From Meiothermus sp. (GTDB lineage Bacteria; Deinococcota; Deinococci; Deinococcales; Thermaceae): a DNA stretch of 22,518 bases. Shown piece after piece: positions 1 through 6,286 of the stretch; within the stretch, counting starts at the first letter, position 1; each line of letters opens with the position of its first letter. The stretch lies in assembly GCA_033762915.1 (NCBI GenBank), contig JANRLD010000019.1, forward strand, positions 1 through 22,518, written 5' to 3'. A model generated the notes under the pieces. The model saw nothing but the letters and a program-made list of their open reading frames with translations. It had not been told where the DNA came from and ran no database searches. A program made the position numbers and the translations under genes.

Positions 1-119
1 GCTTCCAGGCTCACGCCTTCGGTGGCCTGTTCGTTGGTGCTTACCCGGATGTAGGCCACTACTCCTACCCGGGGCGGCTGGGCTGACTTGGGCTGGCCTG
101 TCTTGGCGGCTCGGTTCAT
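1..119 (-). CDS. Serine recombinase (resolvase/invertase or large serine integrase), N-terminal fragment running off the window edge
   Basis: Manual minus-strand translation from ATG at 119: MNRAAKTGQPKSAQPPRVGVVAYIRVSTNEQATEGVSLE. YxRVST-x-EQ...G.SL is the catalytic-serine motif of serine recombinases. AAGGGGAA RBS-like sequence just upstream. Not in the ORF track. Confidence 0.85.
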   Translation of the reverse strand, partial: MNRAAKTGQPKSAQPPRVGVVAYIRVSTNEQATEGVSLE

Positions 120-163
120 GGCTTCCCCTTGTATACGCACGTCCGAAGGTGGTCGACGGTGCG

Positions 164-250
164 CTCGAGGTCGGCTGAGGGAGCTGGTAACCCGGCAAAA
201 GAGATTCAGGGCAAAGAGTAGCCCCCCGGGCTGAGCAGTGACCGGGGGGC
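164..250. repeat. Dispersed direct repeat, copy 1 (18-nt block plus GC hairpin block)
   Basis: CTCGAGGTCGGCTGAGGG at 164-181 is identical to 2702-2719. 210-250 matches 2744-2783 at 34/41 positions. Hairpin 221-229/242-250. Confidence 0.8.
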
Positions 251-377
251 CGACATGAGGTATTGCCCCATCAGGCTAGATCGCCAACTTGGGCAGACGT
301 GTGACGGGTGGTCGTGACCCAGGCCGGCCAGACCACGGGGGAGACCGATTTTCGAACGCGCAGTGCAGTTCCAGAGG

Positions 378-405
378 GGGCCACTCGAGCCCGCTCGAGT
401 GGCCC
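378..405. repeat. Perfect 13-bp inverted repeat built on two CTCGAG sites (REP-like palindrome)
   Basis: GGGCCACTCGAGC-CC-GCTCGAGTGGCCC. Confidence 0.75.
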
Positions 406-416
406 ACAGGCCTGGG

Positions 417-456
417 GAAAAGCAGAAGCCCCACAGGGGCAGGGGTCCGTGGGGCT
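417..456 (-). terminator. Possible minus-strand intrinsic terminator
   Basis: Stem AGCCCCAC (427-434)/GTGGGGCT (449-456), followed on the minus strand by TCTGCTTTT; the loop is long. Confidence 0.4.
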
Positions 457-720
457 GAAGAGTGGGTACTAGCCGAACAGGATACCCAAGGAACTTCGTT
501 TAGGGCGGTCATTTGACCTCGAAGTGGTTCAAGCCAGACTTGCCCTGCCGAGGCGGTATCGGTGGGCTAGGTTCCGAATTGCGACTGCCGCGCCGGCGGC
601 CGGGGCGTAGCCTCCGGGGCCGGCGTAACGGTTACATTTGCACTTGACACGGACCCCGCAACCCTAGGCTTGAGGTTGTAGGGAGGTTGCACTTTGGTTG
701 CGACCTGGGCAGGAGGACTT

Positions 721-2598
721 ATGGAGTTCAAGGTTTCAAAGGCAGCGCCGCCCCGGACTTCGGGCCGCCGGCGTGGGTTAAGTTTGATCAGGGTGTGGTG
801 GGCCCTTGCGGGTGCAGGCATCCTGCTGCTGTCGGCCTGCGGGAGCCCGAGTGCTGGCGCGGTCGACCCCGGCGGCAGCGAAGGCTATATCCTCACCATC
901 AAGACCGACGGGCGAGACCAGGCCGAGGTAGCCAAGACGTACGAAGGCGAGATCCTAAGTTGGGATGACCAGAGCGGCATCGCTTTGCTCAAAGTCCAAT
1001 CACTCAACTCAGCAGCGGTCGCGGCTCAGAACACCACGGTCCCCGCCACCAGCGACAGCCGGATGACCAGCCCTGCCGTGCAGGGCAGTGGGTGGAACGC
1101 TTGGAGCGGGGGCTGGAACGCCTGGAGCAGCGGGTGGAACGCCTGGTCGGGTGGCTGGAACGCCTGGAGCGGGGGCAACACCCTGCCCGCCACCACCCCC
1201 GACAACAACGTGGCTCTTATGCAAATCCGCCTGCCGCAGGCTCACGCCATCAGCCGCAACTTCGGGGCAGGGATCAAGGTCGCGGTAATTGACACCGGGA
1301 TCGACACCGCCCACCCCGGCTTCAGCGGCGACCTGGTGCCCAGCAGCGAGTGGCGCGACTTCGTAGATGGCGACAACAACCCCCAGGAGGCCAGCGGCAG
1401 CGCCTACGGCCACGGCACGGCGGTAGCCGGGCTGATCCTCCAGGTTGCACCCAGGGCCAAGATTTTGCCTATCCGGGTGCTTGAGGGCAACGGCGGGGGC
1501 CTGCTCTCCAACGTGATCGCGGGTATTGACCACGCCATCAACATGGGAGCTAAAGTCATCAACGTCTCGCTGGGTTCTGAAGAAGCCTTTGATCCTCTCT
1601 TCACCGTTTTGGACCGCGCCCGCCGGTCGGGGGTGTACGTCTTCGCCTCCGCTGGGAACTTCGGGGCCAAAGACCGCATCACCTTCCCCGGCCGGATGGT
1701 GGGCTGGAAGGAGTACAGCAACCTCTTGCGCGACACCACTGGCTATGTGTTCGGGGTGGGCAGCGTAAACACCAGCAACGCTCTATCCAGCTTTAGCTCG
1801 AGGGGCTCGGTGCTTCAGTTCGTAGCCCCCGGCGAGTCCATCACCACCTTCGCCCCCGGAAGCCAGACCTTCCGGGTCAGCGGCACCTCCTTCGCCACCC
1901 CGCTGGTTTCGGGCGCGGTGGCCCTGGCAATGAGCGAGACCAGTTCCGGCAACTGGGCTCTCATCGGCAGCTCCATGCTGCGCAACGATGTGGGCATGGA
2001 TCAGCGCATGATGTGGTGGCAGCGCTACCGCGCCGACCGTAGCTGGTGCGATGTGGGCAACGCTCCCAACCAGTGGTGTCATGGCCACGGGCGCTTGGAC
2101 GTGGAGGCGCTGCTGCGGGCGCTGCCGGGATGGACCCAGCCCACCCCCCGCATTGGCATGGACTTCGTAATCAATGGGAACTTCGACACAGGCTCGAGCA
2201 ACTGGAGCCTGAGCAACGGGGTGGTGGCCCAGGAGGGCAACAACGGCCAGTCGGCCTTCTCTGGCGACTTCTCGGCCAGGGTAAACACCGGGGGCAGCCT
2301 GACCCAGACCGTCACCGGCCTACAACCCAACACCACCTACACCATCACTGCCTGGGCACACGTGGGCTGGAGCGGTGAGACGGCCGTTCTGGGGATGCGC
2401 AATCACGGCTCCGCCGAGCGGAGCCAGACCATCAACAACACCGCTGACGGTCTGGGGGGCAACTTCGTGCGCCAGTCCCTGAGCTTCACCACCGGGAGCG
2501 CCAGCACCAGTGCCCAGATCTTCTTCAGCAAACCCTCCGGTGGCGGACCGCTGTTCGTGGACCGTGTCTCGGTCACCCAGGGCAGCGCGGTGTACTAG
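721..2598 (+). CDS. S8 (subtilisin-like) serine peptidase, lipoprotein, with C-terminal CBM4/9-like carbohydrate-binding domain
   Basis: AGGAGG RBS before ATG 721. Lipobox LLLSAC. Catalytic triad motifs VAVIDTG, YGHGTAVAG and SGTSFATP; oxyanion ASAGN. C-terminal 'VINGNFDTGSSNW...GLQPNTTYTITAW...FVDRVSV' is typical of CBM_4_9. Confidence 0.93.
   Translation: MEFKVSKAAPPRTSGRRRGLSLIRVWWALAGAGILLLSACGSPSAGAVDPGGSEGYILTIKTDGRDQAEVAKTYEGEILSWDDQSGIALLKVQSLNSAAVAAQNTTVPATSDSRMTSPAVQGSGWNAWSGGWNAWSSGWNAWSGGWNAWSGGNTLPATTPDNNVALMQIRLPQAHAISRNFGAGIKVAVIDTGIDTAHPGFSGDLVPSSEWRDFVDGDNNPQEASGSAYGHGTAVAGLILQVAPRAKILPIRVLEGNGGGLLSNVIAGIDHAINMGAKVINVSLGSEEAFDPLFTVLDRARRSGVYVFASAGNFGAKDRITFPGRMVGWKEYSNLLRDTTGYVFGVGSVNTSNALSSFSSRGSVLQFVAPGESITTFAPGSQTFRVSGTSFATPLVSGAVALAMSETSSGNWALIGSSMLRNDVGMDQRMMWWQRYRADRSWCDVGNAPNQWCHGHGRLDVEALLRALPGWTQPTPRIGMDFVINGNFDTGSSNWSLSNGVVAQEGNNGQSAFSGDFSARVNTGGSLTQTVTGLQPNTTYTITAWAHVGWSGETAVLGMRNHGSAERSQTINNTADGLGGNFVRQSLSFTTGSASTSAQIFFSKPSGGGPLFVDRVSVTQGSAVY
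1093..1176 (+). repeat. In-frame 21-nt tandem repeat x4 encoding WNAWS(G/S)G
   Basis: tggaacgcttggagcgggggc / tggaacgcctggagcagcggg / tggaacgcctggtcgggtggc / tggaacgcctggagcgggggc. Confidence 0.95.
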
Positions 2599-2616
2599 CC
2601 TCGAGCCGGAGACTTG

Positions 2617-2665
2617 AAAAAAAAGACAGGCGGCCCGGCACAGCGCCGGGCCGCCTGTTTCGTTT
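2617..2665. terminator. Bidirectional intrinsic terminator after the S8 gene
   Basis: A8 tract, 14-bp stem ACAGGCGGCCCGGC (2626-2639)/GCCGGGCCGCCTGT (2645-2658), then TTCGTTT. Confidence 0.88.
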
Positions 2666-2701
2666 GCGCTGCTGGGGAGATCGGGGGATAGTGGGCGGGG
2701 T

Positions 2702-2783
2702 CTCGAGGTCGGCTGAGGGGAGAGGCTCACGAGAGGTGACCCAGGCAAAGGGTAACCCCCTGGGCGAGCAGTACCCAGGGGGC
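2702..2783. repeat. Dispersed direct repeat, copy 2
   Basis: Matches 164-250. Hairpin CCCCCTGGG (2756-2764)/CCCAGGGGG (2774-2782). Confidence 0.8.
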
Positions 2784-2934
2784 TATATCAGGGAGGATCA
2801 CCGGCAGATAGACCTCTAGCCCCGGCGTGGTCAATTTGCCAGATTGCGGCCTGTCCGGCGCTTGTAGTGGCTGCTGGTGGCACAACCAAGCCAAGGTCAG
2901 GCCCCGCCGGGGACAGGTTCACGGCGGCCCGGGC

Positions 2935-3159
2935 TTAGGTAGGCGAGGCCAGCGAAACGTAGATGTTGCCGAACTCAGAGAGGACCCAGTCCTCGCCGCC
3001 CGGTCGGAAACTCACGAAGCAGAGCACGCGGCGGGTGCCATCAGTGAGGATCAGCAGCAAGCCGGAGCTGTTCTCATCGACCTCCGCGACTCGTCTGCTG
3101 CTTGGATCCGGAAAATCCGCAAAATGCCGTAACACACTCGACACTTCGATCTCTCTCAT
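2935..3159 (-). CDS. Small hypothetical protein (74 aa)
   Basis: ATG start, globular-looking composition without the Arg/Pro/Gly bias of shadow ORFs. TAAGCT (-10-like) 5 nt upstream. Fills an otherwise empty gap. No family recognised. Confidence 0.5.
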   Translation of the reverse strand: MREIEVSSVLRHFADFPDPSSRRVAEVDENSSGLLLILTDGTRRVLCFVSFRPGGEDWVLSEFGNIYVSLASPT

Positions 3160-3301
3160 CCCTCAGCTTATACCTTCCTGACTTTTCGGTTGCCCTGTCA
3201 AGCTGTCTCCGGCACACACTTCAGCGATTAACTCCCGGCCAAACTGGAACCGGTGTAAGCTGTGAGCCGAAACGACGTTTGGTTGTCCCCTGAGGTTCGC
3301 G

Positions 3302-3550
3302 ATGCTTCAGACTGTCCGCGTCCGGGTCGGCCCCACCCTGCAGCAGGCCGTGGGGCGGGTCTACGTGACCCTCGAGGTCTCCCCAGGCCTCACCCCAAAG
3401 GGGCTGAGGTCGGCGGTGGCCCAGCAATACCCGGAGTTGGCCCTGCTGCTGGGGTCCACGCTGGTGGTGGCGGAGGGGCGGGTGTTGGGGGAGACAGAGG
3501 TCGTGACGCAAGACGAAGTGGCGCTGCTCCACCCGGTCGCGGGTGGGTGA
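3302..3550 (+). CDS. MoaD/ThiS-family ubiquitin-like sulfur-carrier protein
   Basis: 82 aa ending ...DEVALLHPVAGG (C-terminal di-Gly), with the 'L..QYPEL' motif typical of MoaD. Confidence 0.88.
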   Translation: MLQTVRVRVGPTLQQAVGRVYVTLEVSPGLTPKGLRSAVAQQYPELALLLGSTLVVAEGRVLGETEVVTQDEVALLHPVAGG

Positions 3551-3572
3551 GTTAACAGGAGGTGTTTCGCGC

Positions 3573-4892
3573 ATGGCAGTCGAAACCAAGAAACTTTCCG
3601 CCAGCCGCAACGTGGTGGTGTCGTCGTACACCAACGGGCTACTCGATCCCGAGGCCCCCATGCTGGGGCCGGTCGAGAGCGGGGGAACCATCCTCGCCAA
3701 CACCGCGCCCGGCTGCTGGGGGCCGATGATTACCCCGCGCCTGCGGGGGGGCCACGAGGTCACCCAGCCGGTCTACGTGGCGGGCGCAGAGCCCGGAGAC
3801 GCGGTGGCGATTCGCATCCGCGACATCACGGTTACGTCGTGGGCCTCGAGCTCCGGCCACGACAAGTGGAGCGAGGGGCACTTCCTGGGCGACCCCTACG
3901 TGGCCAAGCGCTGCCCAAACTGCGCAACCCTGTACCCCGAGACTCACGTGGAGGGTATCGGCCAGGAGGCGGTGCGCTGCGACACCTGTGGGGCCTCGGT
4001 ACACCCCTTCCAGTTCGCCCACGGCTACACGGCGGCCTTCGACGAGGGGCGGACGGTGGGCGTCACCCTGGACAAGGCCGGGGCCGAGCGCATCGCCCTA
4101 CAGGCCGAGCACTACGCTGCACTGCCGGACGGCTCGAGGCAGCACCCCATCCTGACCTTCGCGCCGCACGACCTGGTGGGCGTGGCGGTGCGGCTGCGCC
4201 CCTTCCTGGGCCAGCTCGGCACCACCCCCGGCCTGCGCATGCCCGACTCGCACAACGCGGGCGACTTCGGCTCATTCCTGGTGGGCGCGCCCCACGAGTA
4301 CGCCATGACGGCCGAGCAGCTCGAGCACCGCACCGACGGGCACATGGACATAGACGCGGTGCGGGCCGGATCGATCCTGCTCTGCCCGGTCAAGGTGGCC
4401 GGGGCCGGGGTCTATATGGGCGACATGCATGCCCTCCAGGGCGACGGTGAGATCGCCGGACACACCATGGACGTGTCCGGCACGGTGACCTTGCAGGTCG
4501 AAGTCTTGAAGGGCCGAACCCTCGAGGGGCCGGTGCTCTTCCCGCTCTACGAAGACCTACCCCCGCTGGCCCGCCCGCTCACCGAACTCGAGAAGGCCAA
4601 GGCCCGCCAGGTGGCCCGTCAGTGGGGCTTGCAGGATATCGAGGAGTCCGCCCCCATCTCGGTCATCGGCACCGGCCCCGACCTCAACAGCGCCACCACG
4701 GTGGGCCTTAACCGGGCCGCCCGCCTCCTGGGCATGACCGTCCCCGAGGTGCTCAACCGGGCCACCATTACCGGCGGCATCGAGATCGGCCGCAACCCCG
4801 GCGTGGTACAGGTGACCTTCCTGGCCCCGCTGGCGAGCCTCGAGAAGGCCGGTCTGTTGCTCTTCGCGCGCGAGCAGTACGGAATAGGCTGA
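3573..4892 (+). CDS. Acetamidase/formamidase family protein with inserted CxxC...CxxC zinc ribbon
   Basis: AGGAGG RBS before ATG 3573. FmdA/AmdA motifs 'PVYVAGAEPGDAVAIRI', 'GHMD' and 'GDMHALQGDGEI'. CPNC and CDTC pairs. Confidence 0.88.
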   Translation: MAVETKKLSASRNVVVSSYTNGLLDPEAPMLGPVESGGTILANTAPGCWGPMITPRLRGGHEVTQPVYVAGAEPGDAVAIRIRDITVTSWASSSGHDKWSEGHFLGDPYVAKRCPNCATLYPETHVEGIGQEAVRCDTCGASVHPFQFAHGYTAAFDEGRTVGVTLDKAGAERIALQAEHYAALPDGSRQHPILTFAPHDLVGVAVRLRPFLGQLGTTPGLRMPDSHNAGDFGSFLVGAPHEYAMTAEQLEHRTDGHMDIDAVRAGSILLCPVKVAGAGVYMGDMHALQGDGEIAGHTMDVSGTVTLQVEVLKGRTLEGPVLFPLYEDLPPLARPLTELEKAKARQVARQWGLQDIEESAPISVIGTGPDLNSATTVGLNRAARLLGMTVPEVLNRATITGGIEIGRNPGVVQVTFLAPLASLEKAGLLLFAREQYGIG

Positions 4893-4903
4893 GCTGGGCA
4901 AGG

Positions 4904-4938
4904 GAAGGGGCTCGAGGGTGCTGCCCTCGAGCCCCTTC
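4904..4938. terminator. Perfect 15-bp hairpin between convergent genes (probable terminator, CTCGAG-based)
   Basis: GAAGGGGCTCGAGGG-TGCTG-CCCTCGAGCCCCTTC. Confidence 0.7.
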
Positions 4939-4955
4939 TTGTGGCGCCCGCGCGG

Positions 4956-5711
4956 CTATGCCCGCAGGAGCTCTACGCTTTTGCGCACGCCCTCTAGCCC
5001 ACCGGTGACCTCAAGCGCCGCCGTCCCCTCGAAACCCACCAGGGCCGAGCGCACCCAGCCCCAGTCCACCACGCCCTCGCCGCAGGGCAGGTGGGCGTCC
5101 CAGGTGCCGGGGGTGTCGCAGAGGTGCCAGTGGGTACGGCGGTGGGCCAGCAGGGCGTGGTAATCGATGTTGCCTGCGGCCCCGCGCTGGAGCAGGGCGT
5201 GGGCCACGTCCTGGCAGAAGCCGAAGCGGCTGTGGCGGCTCAGCAGGTCGGCCAGTTCGGCGGGCGTCTCGAGCAGGTCGTGCCCGTTGAGGCCCAGGTT
5301 TTCCAGCGCCACCGGGATGCCCAGCTCGAGCTTCTCGAGGGCCGCGTCCAGCCGCTCCTGGGCGTACATCACCGCCTCGGGCAGTCGGATGGCAATCAGG
5401 CCGGTGTGCAGCACCCCCACCGCAGCCCCGATCTCGGCCCCGAAGTCGACGGCCTCCTGGGTGCGGTGCAGCGACAGCTCGAACTGTGAAGGCACCAGGC
5501 TGGCGATGTTCCAGTCTATGAAAGGCAGGTGCAGCGTGAACCCCACCCCGCTGACCCGGCCCATCTCCCGCAACTCTTTGGCCCCGGGCAGCCGGTAGTC
5601 AATCTCGTGCTGGTCGTAGGCGACCTCGAGAAACAGCCCCAGCTCGGCGGCAAGGTCGAAACAGGCGCGATAATCCAGACCGGCGGTAAGTGGGCTGAAA
5701 CCGAGCTTCAT
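4956..5711 (-). CDS. Sugar phosphate isomerase/epimerase (AP endonuclease 2 / xylose isomerase-like TIM barrel)
   Basis: Start reassigned to MKLGFSPL (ATG 5711). Motifs LHLPF.D.N, VLHTG, ALENL, DVAHA, HLCD, DAHLPCGEGVVDW, ALEV. Confidence 0.88.
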   Translation of the reverse strand: MKLGFSPLTAGLDYRACFDLAAELGLFLEVAYDQHEIDYRLPGAKELREMGRVSGVGFTLHLPFIDWNIASLVPSQFELSLHRTQEAVDFGAEIGAAVGVLHTGLIAIRLPEAVMYAQERLDAALEKLELGIPVALENLGLNGHDLLETPAELADLLSRHSRFGFCQDVAHALLQRGAAGNIDYHALLAHRRTHWHLCDTPGTWDAHLPCGEGVVDWGWVRSALVGFEGTAALEVTGGLEGVRKSVELLRA

Positions 5712-5749
5712 AGGCAGGGAAAGTTCTCCCGCTGGGTAATCTACAACAG

Positions 5750-6285
5750 ATTGGCGGGCGGTGGGAAGCTGAGGCCAAAAGGCGTTGAGCGGCGGGTAAC
5801 TGACGGCAGTTCCCACCAATACCCCGCACACATAGGCCTGGATGTGCGAGTACAGTGGGCCCGTTTAAGCGCTCGCTTTAGCGCATGGTCGCGTGTGGCC
5901 TCTGGGTGAGAACCGCTGTGGCCACCCAAGTTGTGCCCGCGTACGGTGCGCAAACGACCGTCGCCCCAAGCGCGGGCCGGGGCACACCGCACCCGGCGCT
6001 ATCGCACATCTGACCCGGTGTACCGTAGGCGGCTCGCCGCTAAGTTTCCCAATAGTAGAGATGCGACGTTCCTGGCGTACTTCCCCCAGGGAATTGGGCC
6101 AGGCACGTCTCTACCGTGTCATCGGATTGCGTACTTCACCCTGGCACAACTGAGAGCGGTTACCACGCATACTCCCTACGGCGCTAAAGCGGGCGGTTTT
6201 TGCTGTAGGGAGTAAATCACCGGCCACCGCGAGGGCGGTGATTGTGGGAAATGCGGTAGGTTCTCTGGCCACCCGCCCCCGTTAC
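5750..6285 (+). ncRNA. Candidate large structured non-coding RNA (family not recognised)
   Basis: Gene-free ~575-bp gap with about 10 helices of 6-18 bp, many long-range and nested. Non-Watson-Crick pairs are mostly G-U on the + strand. TAATCT -10-like hexamer at 5737-5742. Confidence 0.5.
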
Positions 6286-6286
6286 C

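Noticed and set aside
186..250. c-di-GMP-I riboswitch suggested by GGCAAA...GCAAAG
   Set aside because: No GAAA-tetraloop P2 or receptor arrangement; better explained as the dispersed repeat.
625..670. TTGACA (644-649)/TAGGCT (665-670) promoter and GTAAC-G-GTTAC palindrome upstream of the S8 gene
   Set aside because: The spacer is only 15 bp and the palindrome is short; plausible but not supportable enough to call.
1093..1176. CRISPR array
   Set aside because: The repeats are contiguous, in-frame and have no unique spacers.
5599..6215. Short ORFs in the gap (5741-5992, 5893-6153, 5931-6215, 5599-5829)
   Set aside because: Arg/Pro/Cys-rich shadow-like composition, no RBS, no recognisable motif.
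5712..6286. RNase P RNA, tmRNA, group I/II intron or cobalamin riboswitch as the identity of the structured gap
   Set aside because: No GAGGAAAGTCC/AGAACCCGGCTTA, no tRNA-like tmRNA ends, no domain V or P7 signatures. Minus-strand CCACTG and GGGAA words occur but without the rest of the B12-box arrangement.
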